Shown one piece after another: positions 23,206 through 32,320 of a stretch of DNA of 49,490 nucleotides. The notes beneath the pieces were generated by a model. The model saw only the letters and a program-made list of their open reading frames with translations. It ran no database searches and had not been told where the DNA came from. Origin of the DNA: an uncultured Microbacterium sp. Lineage in GTDB: Bacteria; Actinomycetota; Actinomycetes; Actinomycetales; Microbacteriaceae. Position numbers and translations under genes: made by a program. The stretch's first letter is position 1, and the number at the start of each line of letters is the position of its first letter. The stretch spans positions 1 to 49,490 of the forward strand of contig CAYZEL010000001.1 in assembly GCA_964477515.1 (NCBI GenBank). Direction: 5' to 3'.

Positions 23206-26091
23206 CTACCCCGCCTTGCGCTGCTCGCGCTGTCCCAGCACCTCCGCCAGGAAGGCACCGGTGAAGCTGTTCTCGTTGCGCGCCACCTGCTCGGGCGTTC
23301 CCGTCGCGACGATCTGGCCGCCGCCCGAGCCGCCCTCGGGGCCGAGGTCGATGACCCAGTCGGCCGACTTGATGACATCCAGGTTGTGCTCGATCACGAT
23401 GACGGTGTTGCCCTTGTCGACCAGGCCGCCGAGCACCTCGAGCAGGCGGCGGACGTCCTCGAAGTGCAGTCCCGTGGTGGGTTCGTCGAGCACGTAGATG
23501 CTGCGCCCGTTGCTGCGGCGCTGGAGTTCGGTGGCGAGCTTGACGCGCTGCGCCTCTCCCCCGCTCAGCGTCGTGGCCGACTGGCCGAGCCGGACGTAGC
23601 CGAGACCGATGTCGACCAGCGTCTTCAGGTAGCGATGAATCGCCTGGATGGGTTCGAAGAACCCGGCCGCCTCTTCGATCGACATCTCGAGGACCTCGGC
23701 GATGTTCTTACCCTTGTAGTGCACGGCGAGCGTGTCGCGGTTGTAGCGTTTGCCGTGACATACCTCGCAGTCGACGTAGACGTCGGGGAGGAAGTTCATC
23801 TCGATCTTGATCGTGCCGTCGCCCGAACAGGCGTCGCAGCGTCCGCCCTTGACATTGAAGCTGAAGCGCCCCGGCTGGTAGCCGCGCACCTTCGCCTCGG
23901 GCGTCTCGCTGAAGAGCGTGCGGACGCGATCGAACACCCCGGTGTAGGTCGCCGGATTGGAACGCGGTGTGCGGCCGATCGGGTTCTGATCGACGTGCAC
24001 GACCTTGTCGAGGTCGTCCAGGCCGGTGACCCGAGTGTGCTTGCCGGGAACCGTGCGGGCGCCGTTCAGGCGCGAGGCGAGCACCTGGTACAGGATGTCG
24101 TTCACGAGTGAGGACTTGCCCGAACCGCTCACTCCGGTGACGGCCGTGAGCACCCCGAGCGGGAAGTCCGCGCTGACGTTCCGCAGGTTGTTCTCGCGAG
24201 CGCCGACGACCGTGATCTTGCGGTTCTTGTCGATCTTGCGACGCTTGGTCGGCGTCGGGATCTCACGGCGGCCGGCCAGATAGTCGCCGGTCAGCGAGTT
24301 CTCGTCCGAGAGCAGAGCCTCATAGGGACCGGAGTGGACGACGGTTCCACCGTGCACACCCGCGAGGGGTCCGATGTCGACGACCCAGTCGGCGGCCTGG
24401 ATCGTCTCTTCGTCGTGCTCGACGACGATCAGGGTGTTGCCGAGATCCCGCAGAGTCTCGAGCGTGCGCACCAAGCGCCGATTGTCCCGCTGGTGCAGGC
24501 CGATCGATGGCTCGTCGAGGACGTAGAGCACCCCCGTCAGGCCGGAACCGATCTGCGTCGCGAGGCGGATCCGCTGCGCCTCGCCACCGGAGAGCGAGCC
24601 CGCCGAGCGCCCGAGGTTGAGGTAGGTGAGTCCGACCTGCAGCAGGAAGTCCAGGCGAACCCGGATCTCACGCAAGACCTGAGCCGCGATCTTCGCCTCG
24701 CGTTCCGTGAGCTGCAGGGTCTGCATGAACTCACGTGCGTCCGACAGGCTGAGCCCGGTGACCTCGGCGATCGAGTGGCCATGCACCTTGACGGCGAGCA
24801 CCTCGGGCTTCAGGCGTGTGCCCTGACAGACCGGACACGGAACCTCGCGCAGGAACTCGCCCCACCGACCGCGCTGGGTGTCGGACTCGGCCTGCAGCCA
24901 CTGACGTTCGATGTAGGGCACGACGCCCTCGAACCCCGAGGCGTAGCGCATCTCGCGCCCGTACCGGTTCTTCCACTTGACGGTGACCTTGTAGTCCTCG
25001 CCCCGCAGTACGGCCTCGCGGACCGACTCGGGCAGCTTCCGCCACGGGGTGTCGAGCGAGAAATCGAGGTCGCGAGCGAGTCCCTCGAGCAGGCGCTCGT
25101 AGTACTGGAACAGTCCCTTGCCCTGTGTCGTCCAGGGCACGATGACGCCCTCGCGAATCGACGCGGATTCGTCGCCGAGCAGGAGTTCGACGTCGACGGC
25201 CATGCGGGTGCCGAGCCCCGAGCACTCGGGGCAGGCGCCGAACGGTGCGTTGAACGAAAAGGTGCGGGGCTCGATCTCGGTGAGCTGCAGGGGGTGCCCG
25301 TTGGGGCAGGAGAGCTTCTCGGAGAAGCTCTGCCATGCGGCATCACCCTCTTCATCGACGAAGTTGACCTGCATCACGCCGCCCGCCAGGCCCAGCGCCG
25401 TCTCGACCGAGTCGGTGACGCGACCGAGGATGTCGGGACCCGCCACCAGTCGGTCGACCACGACGGCGATGTCGTGCTTGTAGCTCTTCTTGAGCGTCGG
25501 CGGTTCGGCGAGCTGGATCAGCTCACCGTCGACGATCGCGCGCGAGTAACCCTTGGCGCCGAGTTCGCGGAACAGGTCGACGAACTCGCCCTTCTTCTGG
25601 CTCACGATGGGCGCGACGATCTGATAACGGGTGCCCTCGGGCAGTTCGACGAGCTGATCGGCGACCTGCTGGACCGTCTGGCGCTGGATGACCTCACCGC
25701 AGACCGGGCAGTGCGGGACACCGATGCGCGCCCACAGCAGACGCATGTAGTCGTAGATCTCGGTGATGGTGCCTACGGTCGATCGGGGGTTGCGGTTGGT
25801 CGACTTCTGATCGATGCTGACGGCCGGGCTGAGTCCCTCGATGAAGTCGACATCGGGACGGTCGACCTGACCGAGGAACTGCCGGGCATAAGCGCTGAGC
25901 GACTCGACGTAGCGACGCTGTCCTTCGGCGAAGATCGTGTCGAACGCCAGGCTCGACTTTCCCGATCCGCTCAGACCCGTGAAGACCACCAGCGCATCGC
26001 GCGGAATCTCGAGGTCGACGTTCTTGAGGTTGTGAACCCGAGCGCCTCTGACGCTCAGTTTCGAGGGCGCGGCAACGGGGACGATAGGCAC
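23206..26091 (-). CDS. uvrA: Excinuclease ABC subunit A
   Basis: Two ABC domains ([18 protein letters not shown]), two LSGGEAQR, CxxC zinc fingers. Confidence 0.98.
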   Translation of the reverse strand: MPIVPVAAPSKLSVRGARVHNLKNVDLEIPRDALVVFTGLSGSGKSSLAFDTIFAEGQRRYVESLSAYARQFLGQVDRPDVDFIEGLSPAVSIDQKSTNRNPRSTVGTITEIYDYMRLLWARIGVPHCPVCGEVIQRQTVQQVADQLVELPEGTRYQIVAPIVSQKKGEFVDLFRELGAKGYSRAIVDGELIQLAEPPTLKKSYKHDIAVVVDRLVAGPDILGRVTDSVETALGLAGGVMQVNFVDEEGDAAWQSFSEKLSCPNGHPLQLTEIEPRTFSFNAPFGACPECSGLGTRMAVDVELLLGDESASIREGVIVPWTTQGKGLFQYYERLLEGLARDLDFSLDTPWRKLPESVREAVLRGEDYKVTVKWKNRYGREMRYASGFEGVVPYIERQWLQAESDTQRGRWGEFLREVPCPVCQGTRLKPEVLAVKVHGHSIAEVTGLSLSDAREFMQTLQLTEREAKIAAQVLREIRVRLDFLLQVGLTYLNLGRSAGSLSGGEAQRIRLATQIGSGLTGVLYVLDEPSIGLHQRDNRRLVRTLETLRDLGNTLIVVEHDEETIQAADWVVDIGPLAGVHGGTVVHSGPYEALLSDENSLTGDYLAGRREIPTPTKRRKIDKNRKITVVGARENNLRNVSADFPLGVLTAVTGVSGSGKSSLVNDILYQVLASRLNGARTVPGKHTRVTGLDDLDKVVHVDQNPIGRTPRSNPATYTGVFDRVRTLFSETPEAKVRGYQPGRFSFNVKGGRCDACSGDGTIKIEMNFLPDVYVDCEVCHGKRYNRDTLAVHYKGKNIAEVLEMSIEEAAGFFEPIQAIHRYLKTLVDIGLGYVRLGQSATTLSGGEAQRVKLATELQRRSNGRSIYVLDEPTTGLHFEDVRRLLEVLGGLVDKGNTVIVIEHNLDVIKSADWVIDLGPEGGSGGGQIVATGTPEQVARNENSFTGAFLAEVLGQREQRKAG

Positions 26092-26097
26092 CCGTCA

Positions 26098-26119
26098 AGT
26101 GTAGGAGCGGCCACCGACA
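26098..26119 (-). promoter_or_regulatory. RecA-NDp/PafBC-type DNA-damage promoter of uvrA (leaderless)
   Basis: TGTCGGTG-gccgctcc-TACACT, then 6 nt to the GTG start. Confidence 0.85.
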
Positions 26120-26170
26120 CGGGCTTCGCGGTTCGCGGTCAGCGGAGACACCGAGCGGAAACGGTCCTCG

Positions 26171-26611
26171 TCACAACCGCCCCGCGCGCCCGGCGAAGGG
26201 CGCCAGGGCATCGCGCAGCGCCTCGATTTCTCCCGCCTCGAGACCGACGGCTTCCATCACGCGCCCCGGGACCTGGAGTGCGAGTTGTCGCAGCGCACGT
26301 CCCTCGTCCGTGAGATCGATGAGCAGCACGCGCTCGTCCGACGTCGATCGCCGCCTGGTCACGAGACCATCCGCCTCGAGTCGCTTGATCAGCGGCGATA
26401 GGCTCGCCGGCTCGAGTGCGAGCTCATCCGCGAGAACGCCGAGCGACCACGGTGCGTCCTCCCAGAGCGCGAGCATGACCAGGTATTGCGGATGCGTCAG
26501 CCCGAGGGGTTCGAGGATCGGCCGGTAGATCGACACGACGTTCCGCGCCGCGGTCACGATGGCGAAACACACCTGGTTGTCGAGGCGCAAGAGGTCGTCT
26601 TCGCTGTGCAT
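26171..26611 (-). CDS. MarR family regulator, OhrR-like
   Basis: LRLDNQVCFAIV with an N-terminal Cys, LGLTHPQYLVMLALWE, LSPLIKRLE, DER..LTDEGR. Confidence 0.9.
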   Translation of the reverse strand: MHSEDDLLRLDNQVCFAIVTAARNVVSIYRPILEPLGLTHPQYLVMLALWEDAPWSLGVLADELALEPASLSPLIKRLEADGLVTRRRSTSDERVLLIDLTDEGRALRQLALQVPGRVMEAVGLEAGEIEALRDALAPFAGRAGRL

Positions 26612-26624
26612 CACCCCAGACTAG

Positions 26625-26646
26625 CAATTACTTAGTACACTAATTG
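26625..26646. promoter_or_regulatory. AT-rich palindromic operator between the divergent genes
   Basis: CAATTA-cttagtacac-TAATTG, with inner TTAGT-ac-ACTAA overlapping the TACACT -10. Confidence 0.6.
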
Positions 26647-26648
26647 TC

Positions 26649-26873
26649 ATGACACACAAGATCCCGTTGCGCGAGCGCATCCGGGAAGCGGGCGGGCTGT
26701 ACCAGTGGTTCAACGCGTCCCTGATCCGAGTCGCCGGTCCCGCCGCGGTGGGACCCTACGATGACGACGCTGCCCAGCCGGTCGGACCGGCGCCGTGCCC
26801 GATCTGCCGTGCCCCCATGGACACCCACACGATCGACCGCACGGGACCGAAGCCGCTGCTGCACTGCCCGTAG
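26649..26873 (+). CDS. Small hypothetical protein with CPIC...H...HCP motif
   Basis: 74 aa; TACACT -10 ends 7 nt before the ATG; GC3-rich codons; fills the intergenic gap. Confidence 0.8.
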   Translation: MTHKIPLRERIREAGGLYQWFNASLIRVAGPAAVGPYDDDAAQPVGPAPCPICRAPMDTHTIDRTGPKPLLHCP

Positions 26874-26969
26874 ACGACGCCGTGGGGCGCCACGGGCAGG
26901 TCGCAGAGGTCTGCCGGGTCAGCTTCACCGGGTCGCGAGCCGCGCCGGGATCCGGCGTCCGCCAACGGA

Positions 26970-29066
26970 TCAGGCGTGCCCGGCGCGCTCCATCGCCCGA
27001 AGCTCACGCTTGAGGTCTTGCACCTCGTCACGCAGTCGGGCTGCGAGTTCGAACTTGAGTTCGGAGGCAGCCGCCAGCATCTGCGCGCTCAGATCGCCGA
27101 TCGTCGCCTCGAGCTGGTTCGCGCCCTCGGCGGCGATCCCCTGGTGTCCCTTCGTGCTGAGCGACCGCGGCGTCGGCGCCTTGCCTTTGCCCGTGGACGC
27201 CCCGCGACCGGCCTCGCGCTTCGACAGCATCTCGGCCGTGTCGGCGCCCTCGCGCGCCAGCACCTCCGTGATGTCCGCGATGCGCTTGCGCAGCGGCGTG
27301 GGGTCGATGCCGTGTTCGAGGTTGTACGCGACCTGCTTCTCGCGACGGCGGTCCGTCTCGTCGATGGCCTTCCGCATCGAGTCGGTCATCGTGTCGGCGT
27401 ACATGTGCACCTCGCCCGAGACGTTTCGGGCGGCACGCCCGATCGTCTGGCTGAGGGATGTGCCCGAACGCAGGAATCTTTCCTTGTCCGCATCGAGGAT
27501 CGAGACCAACGACACTTCGGGCAGGTCCAGGCCCTCCCGGAGCAGGTTGATGCCGACCAGCACGTCGTAGACGCCGGCTCGCAACTCGGTCAGCAACTCG
27601 ACGCGTCGAAGGGTGTCGACGTCCGAGTGCAGATAACGCACCCGCACCCCGTGCTCACCCAGGAAGTCCGTCAACTCCTCCGACATCTTTTTCGTCAGGG
27701 TCGTGACGAGCACGCGCTCGTCACGTTCGACGCGGAGGCGGATCTGCTCGAGCAGGTCGTCGATCTGTCCCTTGGCGGGCTTGACGATGATCTGGGGGTC
27801 GACGAGACCCGTCGGGCGGATGATCTGCTCGACGATGCCGTCGGCGATCCCCATCTCGTACCGACCCGGGGTGGCCGAGAGGTAGACCGTCTGGCCGACG
27901 CGGTTCTTGAACTCGTCCCACCGGAGCGGGCGGTTGTCCATGGCACTCGGCAGACGGAAGCCGTGATCGACGAGCGTGCGCTTGCGCGACGCATCGCCCT
28001 CGTACATCGCGCCGATCTGCGGCACGGTGACGTGCGACTCGTCGATCACGACGAGGAAGTCGTCGGGGAAGAAGTCGAGCAGACAGTGGGGCGCCTCGCC
28101 GGGCGCTCGCGCGTCGATGTGTCGCGAGTAGTTCTCGATCCCCGAGCAGAAGCCGAGCTGCTGCATCATCTCGAGGTCGAAGGTGGTACGCATACGCAAC
28201 CGCTGCGCCTCGAGCAGCTTTCCCTGCCCCTCGAGTTCTTTCAGCCGCTGCTCGAGCTCGGTCTCGATCGTGCCGATCGCGCGCTGCATGACATCGGTGC
28301 CCGCGACGTAGTGGGACGCCGGGAATATGGGGACGGCATCGAGCTTCTCGAGAACGTCGCCCGTGAGCGGATGCAGGCGGTACAACGCCTCGATCTCGTC
28401 TCCGAAGAGCTCGATGCGGATCGCGTACTCCTCGTACACCGGGATGATCTCGATCGTGTCGCCGCGCACGCGGAAGTTGCCGCGCGAGAAGTCGACGTCG
28501 TTGCGGTTGTACTGCATCGAGATGAACTTGCGGATCAGCGCGTCGCGGTCGTACCGCTCCCCCACCTGCAGGGCCACCATAGCGCGCAGGTACTCTTCGG
28601 GGGCGCCGAGGCCGTAGATGCACGAGACGGTGGACACCACGACGACATCGCGCCGCGACAGCAGCGAGTTCGTCGTCGAGTGCCGCAGACGCTCGACCTC
28701 GGAGTTGATCGAGCTGTCTTTCTCGATGAACGTATCGGTCTGCGGTACGTATGCCTCGGGCTGGTAGTAGTCGTAGTACGAGACGAAGTACTCGACCGCG
28801 TTGTTCGGCATGAGCTCGCGGAACTCGTTCGCGAGCTGGGCGGCGAGCGTCTTGTTGTGGGCCAGGATGAGCGTCGGTCGCTGGACCTGCTCGATGAGCC
28901 ACGCTGTCGTGGCCGACTTTCCGGTACCCGTCGCGCCGAGCAGCACGACGTCGGTCTCGCCCGCATTGATGCGCTGAGCCAGATCCGCGATCGCGGTCGG
29001 CTGGTCGCCCGAGGGCTGGTACTCGCTGACGACCTCGAAGGGCCGCACGCTGCGCGTGGTCTGCAT
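26970..29066 (-). CDS. uvrB: Excinuclease ABC subunit B
   Basis: [40 protein letters not shown]-terminal UVR domain (FELAARLRD). Confidence 0.98.
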   Translation of the reverse strand: MQTTRSVRPFEVVSEYQPSGDQPTAIADLAQRINAGETDVVLLGATGTGKSATTAWLIEQVQRPTLILAHNKTLAAQLANEFRELMPNNAVEYFVSYYDYYQPEAYVPQTDTFIEKDSSINSEVERLRHSTTNSLLSRRDVVVVSTVSCIYGLGAPEEYLRAMVALQVGERYDRDALIRKFISMQYNRNDVDFSRGNFRVRGDTIEIIPVYEEYAIRIELFGDEIEALYRLHPLTGDVLEKLDAVPIFPASHYVAGTDVMQRAIGTIETELEQRLKELEGQGKLLEAQRLRMRTTFDLEMMQQLGFCSGIENYSRHIDARAPGEAPHCLLDFFPDDFLVVIDESHVTVPQIGAMYEGDASRKRTLVDHGFRLPSAMDNRPLRWDEFKNRVGQTVYLSATPGRYEMGIADGIVEQIIRPTGLVDPQIIVKPAKGQIDDLLEQIRLRVERDERVLVTTLTKKMSEELTDFLGEHGVRVRYLHSDVDTLRRVELLTELRAGVYDVLVGINLLREGLDLPEVSLVSILDADKERFLRSGTSLSQTIGRAARNVSGEVHMYADTMTDSMRKAIDETDRRREKQVAYNLEHGIDPTPLRKRIADITEVLAREGADTAEMLSKREAGRGASTGKGKAPTPRSLSTKGHQGIAAEGANQLEATIGDLSAQMLAAASELKFELAARLRDEVQDLKRELRAMERAGHA

Positions 29067-29072
29067 GCTTCG

Positions 29073-29094
29073 AGCCTATGCGGGGGTTCCGACA
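29073..29094 (-). promoter_or_regulatory. RecA-NDp/PafBC-type DNA-damage promoter of uvrB (leaderless)
   Basis: TGTCGG-N10-TAGGCT, then 6 nt to ATG. Confidence 0.8.
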
Positions 29095-29149
29095 CCCGGC
29101 CCGGTGTTCGCGCACCGCGCACGCGCAGGGTGCGTGGTTCCACGCCGAA

Positions 29150-29758
29150 TCAGCCCGGGTCGGGGGCGGTCAGTCGGTCCCACAGCTCGTCGGTCTGCGC
29201 GAGCGTCCGTTCGATCGGTCCGGACGTGTCGATCACCACATCCGCGATCGCCAGCCGTGCGTCGTCGCTGACCTGCGCGGCGATCCGCGCCGCGGCCTCC
29301 GCCTCGCCCATCCCCCGCTCCTCGTGCAGACGCCGGACGCGGAGCGACGCGGGGGCGTGCGCAACGACCACGAGATCCCACGGGTCGCTCCCCCGCGTCT
29401 CGACGAGCAGGGGGACGTCGTAGACGACGACCGCATCCGGATCGGCGGCACGAGCCTCGGCGATCCGGGCGTGGGACAGAGAGCGGACCGCCGGGTGCAC
29501 GATCTCGTTCAGACGCGCGATCTCGGCGTCGTCTCCGAACACGACGGCCCCGAGCGCGGCGCGATCGAGCGTCCCGTCCGCACGGATGACGCCGGTACCG
29601 AACTGCTCGGCGATGCGGGTGAGCACGGGCGATCCGGGCTGCTGGACCTCCCGCACCAGCGCATCCGCGTCGACGACGACGGCACCGTGCTCGGCGAGCC
29701 TGCGGGCGATCGTCGACTTTCCCGCGGCGATGCCTCCGGTGAGGGCGATGAGGGGCAT
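29150..29758 (-). CDS. coaE: Dephospho-CoA kinase
   Basis: LTGGIAAGKST, VDAD, LDRAALG, IVHPAV, YDVPLLVE. Confidence 0.96.
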   Translation of the reverse strand: MPLIALTGGIAAGKSTIARRLAEHGAVVVDADALVREVQQPGSPVLTRIAEQFGTGVIRADGTLDRAALGAVVFGDDAEIARLNEIVHPAVRSLSHARIAEARAADPDAVVVYDVPLLVETRGSDPWDLVVVAHAPASLRVRRLHEERGMGEAEAAARIAAQVSDDARLAIADVVIDTSGPIERTLAQTDELWDRLTAPDPG

Positions 29759-29809
29759 GGGTCGAGCATGCCATGCCTGGCAGCAGCGTCGGGAAGCGAC
29801 CCCGCGAAC

Positions 29810-29872
29810 CTCAGGATCGGCTCAAGACGGGACCTGAAGACGACCCTGAGCAAGGGCTGAGCCCGTCTTGAG
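29810..29872. repeat. Head-to-head arrays of CTCA(A/G)(G/C) with 11-bp period, including an 11-bp perfect inverted repeat
   Basis: Forward ctcagg 29810 and ctcaag 29821; reverse copies at 29845, 29856, 29867; ctcaagacggg(29821)...cccgtcttgag(29862). Confidence 0.7.
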
Positions 29873-30338
29873 GCACGCCCTCTAACGTCATATCTGTCGC
29901 ACCGAGCGGGTGGCCTGCAGCACAGCCCGAGAGATGCGACAGAGGACGGGAACGAGACGCGGGGGACGTCGGATTCTCGGACAGCAGGACAAGGAAGGGC
30001 GAGAGCCGGGGGGATCTCGCCATTCGATACATCGGTGCCGGCGCCAGCCGTCCATCCATGTCGCTCGCGCCCGCTCGTTTCGTGAGTCCTATCGGATTCA
30101 TCGGAACGTGCAAGAGAAACACGTCTGGGGAGACGTCGAGCGCAGGAAATGGACGGCGGCGGGCCCGTATGTATCGGCCGGTAGTTGCGCGGCGCGACCC
30201 GCATCCGTGACCGCATAAACCACAGCGACACCGCAAGAGTTAGGAACGAGAGTGCCTGGGGAAGCATTCAGAAGAGTCTTCTGGGATATCATCGCCGAAG
30301 TCAGCGCGCCCGCTCATACGCGTGCCTGGCGGGGAGGG

Positions 30339-31142
30339 ATGTTGGTGTCGAACTCTGGTGTCGCCGTCGTGATCGAGGACGATACGGATATACGCGCGCT
30401 GATCTCGCAGGTGCTCGAGCAGGCGGGCTTCCTGGTCTACGCGGCGTCTTCGGGCGTCGAGGGTCTCGATCTCATCCGCGAATACCAGCCGGTGGTGACG
30501 ACGTTGGATGTCAGCATGCCCGGCATCGATGGATTCGAAACCGCGAAGCGAATCCGCGAGGTCAGCGATACCTACATCGTGATGCTCACGGCACGTGCCG
30601 ACGAGATCGACACTCTTCAGGGGCTGCAGGCCGGTGCCGACGACTACGTCACCAAGCCGTTCCGCCCGCGCGAGTTGCGCGCCCGGATCGAGGCGATGAT
30701 GCGGCGCCCGCGCTCGACCGCCCACGCGACGGTCGTCCCGATCGAATCCGCACCCTCGGCCGTCGCCGCTGCGGCCACCGCGAATCCGTCCAGTCCCGAG
30801 CAGGACGATTCGGACGGATGGTACGAGCACCGGGGCCTGCGCCTGCACCCCGAGATGCGTATCGCCACCGTGGACGGCTCGGACGTCGAGCTCACCCGCA
30901 GCGAGTTCGACATCATGGCGGACCTGCTGTCGGCGGGACGGCGCGTGGTCGGTAAGGACGACCTCGCCCTCATGCTCCGCGGTGAGCGCTACGCGGGTGG
31001 CAGCGGCTTCGTGAGCGAGCACGATGTGCGCGCGATCGAAGTGCACGTGGCCAACCTGCGTCGCAAGCTGGGCGAATCGGCGGCGAGCCCGCGCTGGATC
31101 GAGACGATCCGCGGCGTCGGTTACCGCCTGACCTCCGCCTGA
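30339..31142 (+). CDS. OmpR/PhoB family response regulator
   Basis: IEDD, LDVSMPGIDG phospho-Asp, GADDYVTKPF, winged helix IEVHVANLRRKL..IETIRGVGYR; alternative GTG start at 30345 after GGAGG. Confidence 0.95.
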   Translation: MLVSNSGVAVVIEDDTDIRALISQVLEQAGFLVYAASSGVEGLDLIREYQPVVTTLDVSMPGIDGFETAKRIREVSDTYIVMLTARADEIDTLQGLQAGADDYVTKPFRPRELRARIEAMMRRPRSTAHATVVPIESAPSAVAAAATANPSSPEQDDSDGWYEHRGLRLHPEMRIATVDGSDVELTRSEFDIMADLLSAGRRVVGKDDLALMLRGERYAGGSGFVSEHDVRAIEVHVANLRRKLGESAASPRWIETIRGVGYRLTSA

Positions 31143-31153
31143 GGCTCAGCGGG

Positions 31154-32320
31154 TCAGACCGCGCCCGCGATCATGACCGAGGCATCCGGACTCGAGGCCG
31201 AACGCACCGCGGCATCGTTCGCCGCCGTGAAGAGCGCCTCGGAGTCGTAACCCGCGATGTCGCTGACGGCGATTCCGACACCGAGAACAGGGACCACGGA
31301 CGTCCCCATCGACCCGAAATCGTCCAGCAGGCGGCGATGGATCCGGCTCGCGACACGGCGCGCATCGCCGATCGACGATGGCTGCAGCGCGATGACGATG
31401 CCCGATGGGCCGGCGTGGCCGACGATCGCCGAGGTGGGGGCGTATCGACGCGAGCCGACCCGCCAGGCATGGGCGATGTCCTGAGCCTCGACCGTGCCGA
31501 ACGCCGTTGCGATCTGGGGCAGGTCGTCGAGGCGCACCGAGATCACCGCGATGCGTTCGCTGAACGCGGCCGCGCGCTGGGTCAGGTCGCCGAACAGTTT
31601 GGCGAAGGAATCGTCGTCGTAGAGACCGTCGGCATCGAGCAGCAGCGTCGTGCTGTCGCCGCGCCCGCGCAGGCGCGCCTGACCCGACCGCAGGACCGAC
31701 ATCGACACGACGGCGACGATCGTCAGGATGATGGTCAGGAAGGACGTGGTGATCGTCCCGAACCATGTCAGGAAGAACGCGTCGGCCGGACCCACGGTCA
31801 CGAAGACGACGGATCGCGCGACGTAATACGCGCACTGCACCCCGAGGACGAGCGTCAACGCGACGGTGGAAGCGCTCCGCCCCATCGCCGATCGCCGGGA
31901 CTCGACCGCGCCGAGGCCCGCGAGCACGGCGAGGGCGATGAACATCACGAGCGCGCCCGCCCAGTCTCCACCGCTGGGACCGTCGATCAGCGAGGCGACC
32001 AGCACCGCCGCGGCTGCGCCCGCGACGATCCAGGCCGACACGCTCAGGGATCGTCCGTTGTAGCTCCGCGACCCGAGCCACAGACACCCCGTGCCGACGA
32101 CGAACGAGGCGTTTCCGAGCGCGATCGCGATGCCTGCCTGGTCGGATGCGACCCACGCCAGGTAGCACAGGGTGGTCAGGATCGCCGCGATGAAGGCGAG
32201 GGACCAGATACGCCCGGCCCCGGTGTCTCGGCGCAGCACGGTGTCCAGCACGAACTGGACCCCGGCCACGATGACGACGACGGCGGTGCAGAGCGAGATC
32301 GAGAACATGTCGAAGACCAT
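31154..32320 (-). CDS. Membrane protein (about 7 TM) with a degenerate C-terminal GGDEF domain
   Basis: GGDEF landmarks DADGLY..F, VISVRLDD, AFG, GVGIA, LF.AA.DA; RxGGDEF position reads HAGPSGI; TGATG overlap with the kinase stop. Confidence 0.75.
   Translation of the reverse strand: MVFDMFSISLCTAVVVIVAGVQFVLDTVLRRDTGAGRIWSLAFIAAILTTLCYLAWVASDQAGIAIALGNASFVVGTGCLWLGSRSYNGRSLSVSAWIVAGAAAAVLVASLIDGPSGGDWAGALVMFIALAVLAGLGAVESRRSAMGRSASTVALTLVLGVQCAYYVARSVVFVTVGPADAFFLTWFGTITTSFLTIILTIVAVVSMSVLRSGQARLRGRGDSTTLLLDADGLYDDDSFAKLFGDLTQRAAAFSERIAVISVRLDDLPQIATAFGTVEAQDIAHAWRVGSRRYAPTSAIVGHAGPSGIVIALQPSSIGDARRVASRIHRRLLDDFGSMGTSVVPVLGVGIAVSDIAGYDSEALFTAANDAAVRSASSPDASVMIAGAV

Noticed and set aside
26092-26170. 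LexA SOS box upstream of uvrA or uvrB
   Set aside because: No clean TCGAAC-N4-GTTCGA seen; the RecA-NDp motif is present instead
29810-29872. CRISPR array or IS end
   Set aside because: Units are only 6 bp with 5-bp spacing; no cas or transposase genes in the window
29910-30218. 102-aa ORF and the overlapping minus-strand ORFs in the coaE-regulator gap
   Set aside because: Atypical codon usage, no RBS or leaderless -10 seen, no motifs
31154-32320. Active diguanylate cyclase
   Set aside because: The GG(D/E)EF motif and the substrate-binding N/D residues are absent
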